From an uncultured Anaerolineaceae bacterium (GTDB lineage Bacteria > Chloroflexota > Anaerolineae > Anaerolineales > Anaerolineaceae), in assembly GCA_964426355.1 (NCBI GenBank), contig CAYRRA010000001.1:1-60616 (forward strand): a stretch of DNA of 60,616 nucleotides. Reading direction: 5' to 3'. Position numbers and translations under genes: made by a program. This document shows positions 20,094 to 28,245 of the stretch, one piece after another. The notes under the pieces are model-generated. The model saw nothing but the letters and a program-made list of their open reading frames with translations. It was not told the origin of the DNA and made no database searches. Position 1 is the first letter of the stretch. Each line of letters starts with the position of its first letter.

Positions 20094-20240
20094 TTATCCA
20101 CAAGCGGTGGAAATTCTTTTACACATCTGTGGATAAACCTTATCCATCCCACAATCAAACCGCTTTTTTATCAACCGGTTCATCACTTACTATCCACCGA
20201 TTCTTTCAGTTTTCCACAGATTCTGGCAAAGTTTTCCACA
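20094..20240. promoter_or_regulatory. DnaA-box cluster 1 (candidate oriC element or DnaA titration/regulatory site)
   Basis: Perfect boxes: TTATCCACA at 20094-20102 and TGTGGATAA at 20128-20136. One-mismatch boxes: TTTTCCACA at 20210-20218 and 20232-20240. Weaker boxes: TTATCCATC at 20140-20148 and CTATCCACC at 20190-20198. The last three same-orientation boxes start 20 and 22 bp apart, and an AT-rich stretch follows. Confidence 0.6.
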
Positions 20241-20265
20241 GGTTGAATCAATTTTTATCTGAATT

Positions 20266-20294
20266 TTGACAAATATCACAGCCTGTGCTAAAAT
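20266..20294 (+). promoter_or_regulatory. strong sigma-70-type promoter with extended -10
   Basis: TTGACA (20266-20271), a 17-nt spacer, then TGcTAAAAT (-10 hexamer 20289-20294). The predicted TSS is about 20301. Confidence 0.6.
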
Positions 20295-20300
20295 TTCAAC

Positions 20301-20419
20301 AATGAAATTTTCCGGGTTTACCGGTAGTGATGGTAACGTGGATCAGAGCGGTATGATTTGTAGTTCAAATAGAACTTTTTTACTCCGGCTTTAGCACTCC
20401 GCCGGAGTATATTTTTTTT
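20301..20419 (+). ncRNA. candidate ~120-nt leader transcript / small RNA upstream of rnj, containing a leaderless 30-codon ORF
   Basis: Bounded by the promoter above and an intrinsic terminator. The ATG at 20302 sits at or next to the predicted TSS. It opens MKFSGFTGSDGNVDQSGMICSSNRTFLLRL, ending at TAG 20392-20394 inside the terminator loop. I recognise no known RNA family here. Confidence 0.3.
20381..20419 (+). terminator. intrinsic terminator (possible attenuator) 54 nt upstream of rnj
   Basis: A 9-bp stem TACTCCGGC / GCCGGAGTA (20381-20389 / 20401-20409) with an 11-nt loop, followed by TATTTTTTTT. Confidence 0.7.
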
Positions 20420-20472
20420 GAAGAAATACTATACAATGAAATTACTTTTTTTCGAGGGATTATTAAACTGAA

Positions 20473-22098
20473 ATGAAACAAAAACATCCATTAAGGATCA
20501 TCCCCCTGGGGGGCTTGGGGGAAGTTGGTAAAAATATGACGGTATACGAATATGGCGATGAATCCATCATCGTCGATAGCGGGATCATGTTCCCGGAGAA
20601 TGACATGCTCGGCGTGGATTACATCATCCCCGACATGCAATATTTAACAGACAAGACATCGCGCGTCAAAGGAATCATCTTTACCCACGGACATGAAGAT
20701 CACATTGGCGCAGTCCGGCATGTATTGGACCTGGTGCAGGCACCCATTTATGCCACCCAACTAACGCGCGGATTGATTGAAGCCAAGCTGGCTCGCAACG
20801 GTGGTTTGCGCGCCGATATGCACACGATTCAATCGGGTGATAAAGTAAAGATCGGCGCATTCGAAATCGATTTCTTTCACGTATGTCATTCGATCCCGGA
20901 CGGTGTTGGGTTGGGGATTCACACACCGCAGGGACTGGTTATCCACACCGGCGATTTCAAATTCGACCAGACCCCGGTGGACGGCTGGCCCACCGATTTC
21001 TCCATGCTTGCCGAATTGTCACAAAAGGGCGTCCTGGCACTACTATCCGATTCGACCAATTCCGTACGCATCGGTTGGACGCCATCTGAAAAAGTGATTG
21101 AGCCTGCGCTCGACAACATCTTCCGCGATGCGCCTGGGCGAATCGTCGTTGCCAGCTTTGCCTCGCTGATCTCGCGCATGCAGCAGGTCGCCAACGCAGC
21201 CCAGGCACACAACCGCAAACTGGTGTTTGTGGGTACCAGCATGGTGGATAACGCAAAAATTGCCCGCAAACTGGGATATCTCAACATCGATGATTCATTG
21301 ATGGTCAGCCTGGAGCAGGCATTGAAAATGCCACCCAGCCAGGTCGTTTTGATGTGCACCGGTTCACAAGGTGAACCGTCTTCCATCCTCGGCAGGCTTT
21401 CCGAGGGGCGTTACCACCTCTTCGATATTCAAACCGGCGACACCGTCATCCTTGCCTCGCACCCCATTCCAGGCAATGAGGAGATTGTTTTCCGCACCAT
21501 CAACCGCCTGATGCGGCGCGGTGCGAACGTACTCTATGAAGAGATTGCCCCAGTCCATGTTTCGGGACACGCCAGCCAGGAAGAATTGAAGCTCATGCTC
21601 AACCTGGTGCGTCCGCAGTTCTTTGTCCCAATTCACGGTGAACTGCGCCATCTCAAACAACATGCCCGCATCGCCGAGATGGTGGGCATTCGCCACGACC
21701 ATATTGAGGTAGTAGAAAACGGTCAGGTAATTGAATTCTCTGAAGGCAAAATCTGCCTGGCTGAACGGGTTCCTGGTACGTATGTATTTGTCGAAGGAAA
21801 TGGAGTCGGGGAATTGGGTCCGGATCAAATGCAAGAGCGCGAAAAACTTTCGCAGGCAGGGATTTTAGTGGTGAACCTGGTTTTGGATGAATGGGATGGC
21901 AAAATTCGCGGAACGCCAGAAATTCACGGTATCGGCTTTAACCTGCCCCAGGACACACAGTTGCACCAGACCGTTGCGGATGCCATCCCGCGCGCCAATG
22001 GCAAGCTAAAGGAAACGATCGAAAAAGCAGTGCGCGCCCGGGTGTATGAAGAAACACATCGCCGACCCTGGGTTGATATCCACATTCACCGCATCTGA
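20473..22098 (+). CDS. rnj: ribonuclease J
   Basis: 541 aa with the metallo-beta-lactamase motif HGHEDHIG, a beta-CASP domain and a C-terminal domain. The N-terminus (LRIIPLGGLGEVGKNM) is typical of RNase J. Confidence 0.92.
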   Translation: MKQKHPLRIIPLGGLGEVGKNMTVYEYGDESIIVDSGIMFPENDMLGVDYIIPDMQYLTDKTSRVKGIIFTHGHEDHIGAVRHVLDLVQAPIYATQLTRGLIEAKLARNGGLRADMHTIQSGDKVKIGAFEIDFFHVCHSIPDGVGLGIHTPQGLVIHTGDFKFDQTPVDGWPTDFSMLAELSQKGVLALLSDSTNSVRIGWTPSEKVIEPALDNIFRDAPGRIVVASFASLISRMQQVANAAQAHNRKLVFVGTSMVDNAKIARKLGYLNIDDSLMVSLEQALKMPPSQVVLMCTGSQGEPSSILGRLSEGRYHLFDIQTGDTVILASHPIPGNEEIVFRTINRLMRRGANVLYEEIAPVHVSGHASQEELKLMLNLVRPQFFVPIHGELRHLKQHARIAEMVGIRHDHIEVVENGQVIEFSEGKICLAERVPGTYVFVEGNGVGELGPDQMQEREKLSQAGILVVNLVLDEWDGKIRGTPEIHGIGFNLPQDTQLHQTVADAIPRANGKLKETIEKAVRARVYEETHRRPWVDIHIHRI

Positions 22099-22108
22099 GC
22101 AGCCACAA

Positions 22109-22867
22109 TCAGGTAGCCGCGTTCTCAATCCGTAATGCCGGGTTCTCGAAAGATTTGTCTTCCCAGCGGTTCAGCAAGTTATTCATTACGCCGGGTTCAA
22201 AAACAAGATAGCGGCTGGTTGCTTTTTCAAGGTCAGAATACACGCCGCGATTCTGTGGAGGGAGCAGCGCCGCCAGTTGATACATCATCTCCTGGGTCAT
22301 TTGTTCGCGCACCTCGCGCGAGAACCCATCGCCTCTATCCACCACACGGAACGGGTTTCCCACAACAATGTGGAAATCTGTTCGACGCAGGCGGCGGATG
22401 TTTTTCCAGAAATACTCGCTCCCATAAAAAGCCACCGGCAATACCGGAACCTCAGCCCGCAACGCCAACAGCACCACACCCGGATACCCTTTCTGTAAAC
22501 ACCCGTCGTGGCTGCGCGTCCCTTCCGGGGCAACCCCCAGGATACGCCCGGCTGCCAATGAATCCAACGCACTGCGCATGGCAGCCCGGTCGGCTTCACC
22601 ACGGGCGATCGGAATACCGCCCCACATGTCGAACAGGTAGCGCTTGATGGGATGTTCCCAGGTTTCATCTTTTGCCAGGATGTTTATTGGGCGTGGATAG
22701 AGATGCGTCACAAGAACTGGCGCTTCCATAAAATTGATGTGGTTCCCAATTGCCAGCAAAGGACCTCGTTCAGGCACTTTTTTCAACTGCTCATCATCAA
22801 TACGGCACAAAACCCGCAGTGCGATGCGAATAAAGTGATGAACAAGCTTTTGCGTGGGAGACATCAT
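22109..22867 (-). CDS. plsC: lysophospholipid (1-acyl-sn-glycerol-3-phosphate) acyltransferase
   Basis: 252 aa with the acyltransferase motifs GNHINFMEAP (a variant of H-x4-D) and APEGTRS. Confidence 0.75.
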   Translation of the reverse strand: MMSPTQKLVHHFIRIALRVLCRIDDEQLKKVPERGPLLAIGNHINFMEAPVLVTHLYPRPINILAKDETWEHPIKRYLFDMWGGIPIARGEADRAAMRSALDSLAAGRILGVAPEGTRSHDGCLQKGYPGVVLLALRAEVPVLPVAFYGSEYFWKNIRRLRRTDFHIVVGNPFRVVDRGDGFSREVREQMTQEMMYQLAALLPPQNRGVYSDLEKATSRYLVFEPGVMNNLLNRWEDKSFENPALRIENAAT

Positions 22868-23799
22868 TGTTTCACCTCCGCCAGGTACATCTCTAACTGA
22901 TGCGGCAGCAGTTCGATATCAATTTGCTCACACGCGGTCGATATGGTCTCGCCATCGGAATGCACCGGCAGAGAACCCTGCACAGCACGCATGGTCAACC
23001 TGGCAGACTGTCGCCCTTGAATGGCTTCATCCTCATATTGCGTCCCCTTTAAAAACAATGAAATTAATGGAATGATCTTGCGTTTCTTGACCTCGCGAGC
23101 AATACAGAGGTCGAGCAAACCATCTGCAGGGTTGCCGTTCGGCGCCATCATGAAACCGCCGCCCATCCGGCGACCATTCATCACACTGACCATCAAAGAA
23201 GGCTGCGTGATGGTTTCTTCTTCCATTTCAATAGCAATCACCGGAGCAGGTGAATACGTCATCATTGTACGAAATGCTGCGATTAAATAACCCAAAAAAC
23301 CGCTCACCGGTTGGCTGGCAGCATAGAACCCGACTACAGCATCGAATCCCACACCCACTCCGTTTCCAAAATATCGCCCTTCCGGATAAAGTCCCCCCTT
23401 CACTCTGCCGATATCGATCCAGGATTTAGTGCCGTTTGCCAATACCTGGCAGGCTTCCTGCCAGTTCAATGCGCCTCCCATGCTGAAGTTAAAATCATTC
23501 CCCCGTCCAATAGGCAACACTCCGATGGCTGCGGTTCCGAGCCCTGCGTGTTTTGCAAACATGATCCCATTAATGACCTCATTGATGGTGCCATCCCCTC
23601 CTGCAGCGATGATGGCATCAAAGCCATCCTGTACCGCCTGCCGCGAAAGCTCCACCCCATGCCCAGGGTACTCGGTTTGTACCAGGTCAAAATCGAGCTG
23701 AAGCCTTTCCAACTCCAGGCAGATATCAGGGATGAGTTTGGCAGAAGCCCCCTTGTTGGAAATTGGGTTGAGAATGATTTTAAAACGCGTCATGGACAC
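22864..23799 (-). CDS. diacylglycerol/lipid kinase family protein (YegS/DagK-like)
   Basis: 311 aa with a GTG start and the AAGGDGTINEV motif. It overlaps plsC by 4 nt, consistent with a lipid-metabolism operon. Confidence 0.85.
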   Translation of the reverse strand: MSMTRFKIILNPISNKGASAKLIPDICLELERLQLDFDLVQTEYPGHGVELSRQAVQDGFDAIIAAGGDGTINEVINGIMFAKHAGLGTAAIGVLPIGRGNDFNFSMGGALNWQEACQVLANGTKSWIDIGRVKGGLYPEGRYFGNGVGVGFDAVVGFYAASQPVSGFLGYLIAAFRTMMTYSPAPVIAIEMEEETITQPSLMVSVMNGRRMGGGFMMAPNGNPADGLLDLCIAREVKKRKIIPLISLFLKGTQYEDEAIQGRQSARLTMRAVQGSLPVHSDGETISTACEQIDIELLPHQLEMYLAEVKQ

Positions 23800-24068
23800 C
23801 TTTCTGGTCTACTGATAACAAAATAGGATTGTTTTCCTGCCTCAAGCGCTTTCATATTAATAATAACCCCCATCGTCTTATTTCGCTTTGCAACTCAGCG
23901 GGCATGACAGGATTATTTAATGTATACTGAAATAAGCAGAGTAGCTGGTACAAGATTTTCTAATTATCCACAGAATCCCCAATTCTGCAACTGCCTGTTC
24001 TATGATTCCACGCCATTATTCAAATCTGTAAACTCAATCACTTTATACTGCCAATTTTGGAGGTGAAA

Positions 24069-24530
24069 ATGTCCGGAGAAAAAGGTTTTCTCATTCCTGG
24101 CTTTGCCCTCGCCTGCCTGTCCATTCCACTGCTGCAAACGAAACAAGGCATCCCCTGGTGGGTCTGGCTGATATTGATCATCCTGTTGATCATTTTGCTT
24201 TATCCCATTTTCCGAGGTAGCAAGAAAAGCACTGCAACTGCCGTGCAAGAAACCATAGAGCCTCTGCAAGAACCCGCTAAACCAGATGACCTGACCGTAA
24301 TCGAAGGAATCGGACCAAAGATCAATCAACTGCTGCACGATGCCGGTTACCACACCTACGCCCAGCTCGCCAATGCTGATATGTCGCAGATCGACACATT
24401 ATTGAGGAACGCAAATTTAAGGCTGGCAGACCCCTCCACCTGGGCAGAACAGGCACAGCTGGCTGCAAACGGAGAATGGGACGCATTGGAAACGCTGCAA
24501 GGCGCGCTTAAGGGCGGACGGCGCGAATAG
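24069..24530 (+). CDS. membrane-anchored protein with helix-hairpin-helix-like repeats
   Basis: The ORF track starts at TTG 24057. The ATG at 24069 is preceded by GGAGGTG. It has two N-terminal hydrophobic segments, then IEGIGPKINQLLHDAGYHTYAQLA and a second similar unit. Function is unknown. Confidence 0.6.
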   Translation: MSGEKGFLIPGFALACLSIPLLQTKQGIPWWVWLILIILLIILLYPIFRGSKKSTATAVQETIEPLQEPAKPDDLTVIEGIGPKINQLLHDAGYHTYAQLANADMSQIDTLLRNANLRLADPSTWAEQAQLAANGEWDALETLQGALKGGRRE

Positions 24531-24688
24531 AATCATACGGGGGTGAGAAGATTCAAACCCCTTCCGCTCAACAGACCTTAATAAGAGCAATCCCTGCAAT
24601 ACTCACCGCAATCCTTGAAACAGGGAACTTTTTTACGCGCAATCCCCACACGTTTTTATTGTTACAGCGATCAAGCCCTGCCAGCAAA

Positions 24689-24717
24689 TTGACAAAAATC
24701 CTTTCCTTCGGTAAGAT
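24689..24717 (+). promoter_or_regulatory. sigma-70-type promoter upstream of the padR-like gene
   Basis: TTGACA (24689-24694), a 17-nt spacer, then TAAGAT (24712-24717). Confidence 0.45.
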
Positions 24718-24759
24718 TAACCTATCACAATACAACATATCGTCAGGTGACATATCAAT

Positions 24760-25110
24760 ATGGTAGAACAATCCCAACACGAAGCAGAACTACCTCTTTC
24801 TGAGCCGACTTTCCTGATTCTGCTCAGTATGCTACGCGGTCCCAAGCATGGTTATGCCATCATGAAGGACGTCAACCTCCTGAGCCAGGGGCGAATCGAC
24901 TTGAGTACCGGCACGCTGTATGGCGCGCTCAAACGTATGTTGGAAAACCAATGGATTGAGCTTGCCGAACAGCCCGATGAGGAACCCGGTGGACGGGAAC
25001 GGAAAACATATCGTCTGACGACATACGGGAAAGAACTGTTCAAAGCCGAGTTGACTCGCCTGCAATCATTGATCCAATCGGTCAAACTGCGGGTTTCAGG
25101 TCAGGTTTAA
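24760..25110 (+). CDS. PadR family transcriptional regulator
   Basis: 116 aa with a winged HTH (HGYAIMKDV...GTLYGALKRMLENQWI) and a C-terminal helix. Confidence 0.88.
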   Translation: MVEQSQHEAELPLSEPTFLILLSMLRGPKHGYAIMKDVNLLSQGRIDLSTGTLYGALKRMLENQWIELAEQPDEEPGGRERKTYRLTTYGKELFKAELTRLQSLIQSVKLRVSGQV

Positions 25111-25160
25111 TCCACCCCAATTCAAACCAGGAAACACTCATCCCCGCTCTGCCCGTTGCG

Positions 25161-25754
25161 CTATTTCAGAAAAGGAATACTGAACGGATACCGATAGGGT
25201 TTTTCCGAGAGAACTCGCACGGTGTTCACCACACCCTGGTAAACCGCAAAGAGTCCGATAAGGACAAAAGGCACAGGCATCAGCAGGATCATCAATTCAC
25301 CGACTCCAATATTGACCGGCGGGAGCACTTGCGTTTGCTGCCCCAGGATTATCTTAAGTGGGACAGCCAGGAACAGCAGGATGGCGGTGGTAAACAGGCA
25401 AAGCGTGATGGTAATCTGAAAGTTTAAAACATCACGCCCATGCCGATCAACCTGATAGCTCTTGTTTTTCATCCAAGTCCAGATCAGCAAAGGGATGACG
25501 ATGATACAGGTCACATTGCTGAGATGCAGCAATGCAAGCCAAAACGTTTCATTCTGAGCCATATCTTCGCAAAAATCAAACTCCAATGCGTCACTCAAAC
25601 GCTGTATGGTAAAAGAACGCGGATCGACTTCACCGCTTTCTATTCGCTGAATCGTGCGTGTGCTCACCTCACAAAACTCAGCCAGTTTTTCTTGTGTCCA
25701 TCCTTTTTGTTGGCGCAATTCGATTACTTTATATCCAAGTTCCGGCTGTTTCAT
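25161..25754 (-). CDS. XRE-family HTH protein fused to a multi-pass membrane domain
   Basis: I prefer the ATG at 25754 (M18 of the track ORF). The HTH is LRQQKGWTQEKLAEFCEVSTRTIQRIESG, followed by about four TM helices (DUF4870-like). Confidence 0.7.
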   Translation of the reverse strand: MKQPELGYKVIELRQQKGWTQEKLAEFCEVSTRTIQRIESGEVDPRSFTIQRLSDALEFDFCEDMAQNETFWLALLHLSNVTCIIVIPLLIWTWMKNKSYQVDRHGRDVLNFQITITLCLFTTAILLFLAVPLKIILGQQTQVLPPVNIGVGELMILLMPVPFVLIGLFAVYQGVVNTVRVLSEKPYRYPFSIPFLK

Positions 25755-26000
25755 ATGTAATTCCTTTTTTGTTACCCTTCGACAATTGTATGAAGATTTA
25801 CCCATCAGGGCGAAGGATCAATGAGCATCGGTACTCTCTTTCAACGGATTACCTTGATGTGTGTTTTCTATATTATCCAAAAACAGTGTCAAAACTGCAA
25901 TGTCATCTTCACGACACTTGCCTGACATTGCCTCAAAGTACTCAGGCGGTGTTACAATCATCCCAATATCCAAATAGCACATCCATCATTCAAACCCGCC

Positions 26001-26969
26001 ATGCCTGAGAATAGTCGAATCATACGCCTGCGTAACTTACTTACTTCGGTGATGCTCCTCATCATCATTGGTCTCATTGTTTACGTCCCGCTCAATATTT
26101 ATTTCCATTTCTACAACCTCCGGTTTCCCGATCCGAATTACCGCGCCATGGAGCCGGTGGAAATCAAGACCCGCTTTTCCGAAATCGATGGAATGGAGCA
26201 GGTTTTCGTTCCAGCGGGTGTTTTCATCATGGGCGCGGATATGGACGACAAAGAGGCGATTGCCAGCGAGAAACCTGCTCATGAGGTCTATCTGTATGCC
26301 TATTGGATAGACCGCACAGAGGTCACCAATTCACAATATGCATTGTGTGTTTCTGCCGGCGTGTGCCAGCCGCCTACCGCTTTTGGTCAGGAAAGGGTCA
26401 ATTCCATTCATTACGAATGGTATTACGGCAATCCAGAGTTTGATAATTACCCGGTCATCTACGTGGATTGGGATTCCGCACTCACATACTGCGAATGGGC
26501 AGGACGCCGCTTGCCCACTGAAGCCGAATGGGAAAAAGCTGCCCGCGGCACAGACCAACGCTGGTTCCCCTGGGGGAACAAAAATGTTCGCTCCACCTTT
26601 GTCAACCTGGCAGACCGCAACACTCGCTTTGATCACAGTTACAACCTGGTTGATGATGGTTATACGGATACTGCGCCGGTCGGGAGCTATCCTGACGGAG
26701 CCAGTCCATACGGCGCTTACGATATGGCGGGGAATGTTTGGGAATGGGTTTCGGACTGGTACAGCAAAACATATTACAGCGAATCTCCTTTTGAAAATCC
26801 TACCGGTCCTGTCAGCGGCACACACAAAGCCCTGCGCGGGGGCAGTTACAACAACAGTAACTGGAGCATTCGCACCACCATGCGCAGCTATCTTGGGCAT
26901 CTTTACGCCTACGGGTATGTCGGCTTTCGCTGCTCTCAACCCGCATCAGGGGAATCCGCTCAGCAGTAG
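26001..26969 (+). CDS. formylglycine-generating-enzyme (SUMF1) family protein, membrane anchored
   Basis: 322 aa with an N-terminal TM helix and FGE-sulfatase domain blocks: AHEVYLYAYWIDRTEVTN, NVWEWVSDWY, RGGSYNN. Confidence 0.85.
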   Translation: MPENSRIIRLRNLLTSVMLLIIIGLIVYVPLNIYFHFYNLRFPDPNYRAMEPVEIKTRFSEIDGMEQVFVPAGVFIMGADMDDKEAIASEKPAHEVYLYAYWIDRTEVTNSQYALCVSAGVCQPPTAFGQERVNSIHYEWYYGNPEFDNYPVIYVDWDSALTYCEWAGRRLPTEAEWEKAARGTDQRWFPWGNKNVRSTFVNLADRNTRFDHSYNLVDDGYTDTAPVGSYPDGASPYGAYDMAGNVWEWVSDWYSKTYYSESPFENPTGPVSGTHKALRGGSYNNSNWSIRTTMRSYLGHLYAYGYVGFRCSQPASGESAQQ

Positions 26970-27066
26970 ACACGTAGACACAGACACACGAACAGAAAAA
27001 TACCAGCTCCGCCTGTGGTAAAATTATTGTTTCGCTCAATTTTTAATACCCAAAGGAGTGTGTCCT

Positions 27067-28233
27067 GTGATCAAGCCCAACAAGATCCAGGAATGGATTC
27101 AGGAAATCGAAGAGCGACCTCTGGCAGCCCCTTTCCTCGTGCGGACGCTCTCTGCCCGCCTGCTTGAACTGGATGAGATCAACGAATCTCTGCGTGCCGA
27201 GAACCTTACTCTGCGCACCGACAAGAAAATCCAGGAATATGAGCGGCGTATCGCTGATTTGGAATACCAGATTGAACTGCTTAAACGCCAGGTGCAAGGC
27301 GAGATCAAACTGGTCACCAACCAGGCATACCTGCTGATATACGATACTGAAGGACATCTGTTAATCCGAGATTTTTCTCCGCAAGAGCTGGCATCCGGGG
27401 GGGGATTTGCTCCGATCTCGCAGTTTGAAGCCCCACACAGTGATGATATCCACATGCTGGCTGTTGAACCGCATGACGAACTGATGTTCGTCATGGATTC
27501 TGGGCGGGTCAGCACACAAACCGCATCTGAGCTCCCACTGGCTGGTGACGATACCACCTGGCAAAACACCTTCACCTTCGATATGCGAAGCGGAGAACGA
27601 TTGGTGACCATTGTACCCATCACACGCGCCCCGTTTATCCAGTCGGTTGTCCAGGTCAGCCGCAAAGGCGCTGCCCGCAGCATCAAAAAAGACCTTTTCC
27701 AATCTTTTCTCGCCTCCCATCAGGTGGGTAAAGGGGTGCGCTCTCCTGCAGATGCACCGCTCGGCTTGAGCCTTTGCAACAGCGACGAGGTCTTTGTGGT
27801 GGTCAGCCATTCTGGTTTCACCGGCGCCTTTCAGCCGCAGAAATTATCCATCACCCTGGAAGAAATCATCAAACTCGATATGAAAGATTACCTGGTATCG
27901 GCATTTACCATCCGTTCCGACCAAAAACTGGTGATTGCACTGGAAAACGGTGATCTTTATTTTCAAACCAACCCCTGGCAGGATGCGCAGGATGCCGATG
28001 GAAGCAAGCGCAGGTTGCTGTTCGGCAGCTCGCGCAGCAGCAGTGTTCGCATTGTTGAAGCAGTCAGTGCCGCAGAGGGCAGTTGGGCATTTCAGCTCGA
28101 CCAACAGGGCAGTATCACCGTGCGATTGATCGAAGTGGCTGAGGACGGAAAAAAAGAAAAGAGCCTGAAGGGTAAAAACCTGGCAAATTCAACGATTGCG
28201 TTCACCATCTGGCAGCCAGACACAAACAAATAA
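27067..28233 (+). CDS. coiled-coil protein with six beta-repeat units (GyrA/ParC C-terminal beta-pinwheel-like)
   Basis: GTG at 27067 lies 8 nt after AAGGAG; the track starts at GTG 27058. The first ~80 aa are heptad-rich. Six units of about 50 aa follow, each opening with a hydrophobic strand then x-x-G: LLIYDTEGHLLIR, LMFVMDSGRVSTQ, VVQVSRKGAARSI, VFVVVSHSGFTGA, LVIALENGDLYFQ, AFQLDQQGSITVR. Confidence 0.6.
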   Translation: MIKPNKIQEWIQEIEERPLAAPFLVRTLSARLLELDEINESLRAENLTLRTDKKIQEYERRIADLEYQIELLKRQVQGEIKLVTNQAYLLIYDTEGHLLIRDFSPQELASGGGFAPISQFEAPHSDDIHMLAVEPHDELMFVMDSGRVSTQTASELPLAGDDTTWQNTFTFDMRSGERLVTIVPITRAPFIQSVVQVSRKGAARSIKKDLFQSFLASHQVGKGVRSPADAPLGLSLCNSDEVFVVVSHSGFTGAFQPQKLSITLEEIIKLDMKDYLVSAFTIRSDQKLVIALENGDLYFQTNPWQDAQDADGSKRRLLFGSSRSSSVRIVEAVSAAEGSWAFQLDQQGSITVRLIEVAEDGKKEKSLKGKNLANSTIAFTIWQPDTNK

Positions 28234-28245
28234 GGAAACAGGCGC

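Noticed and set aside
20391-20399. TTAGCACTC, identical to the left arm of CIRCE, in the loop of the terminator upstream of rnj.
   Set aside because: There is no matching right arm (GAGTGCTAA) at the 9-nt spacing; only GAGTAT follows after 5 nt. This is a half-site and very probably coincidental. I do not call it an HrcA operator.
24000-24353. 117-aa minus-strand ORF overlapping the start of the 24069 gene, and 24568..24780 (70 aa, minus strand) upstream of padR.
   Set aside because: They have no ribosome site and no motifs, and they overlap a better-supported gene or a promoter region.
24539-24563. GGGGG-tgagaagattcaaa-CCCC with a TTCAAA segment that superficially resembles a tRNA T-arm.
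   Set aside because: No acceptor, D or anticodon arms can be drawn around it. It is more likely a weak hairpin after the 24069..24530 gene. I found no tRNA genes in the window.
25873-25881. Single near-consensus DnaA boxes such as TTATCCAAA at 25873, and other one-mismatch 9-mers scattered in the window.
   Set aside because: Boxes with one mismatch or fewer are expected about a dozen times by chance in 60 kb. Only the two dense, phased clusters (and, marginally, the isolated perfect box at 23964) are worth reporting.
26331-27021. Alternative-frame ORFs 26331..26939 (minus) and 26338..27021 (plus) of 202-227 aa.
   Set aside because: Both lie inside the FGE/SUMF1-family gene, whose frame carries the conserved domain blocks. 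The alternative frames are Ala/Arg/Pro-rich artefacts.
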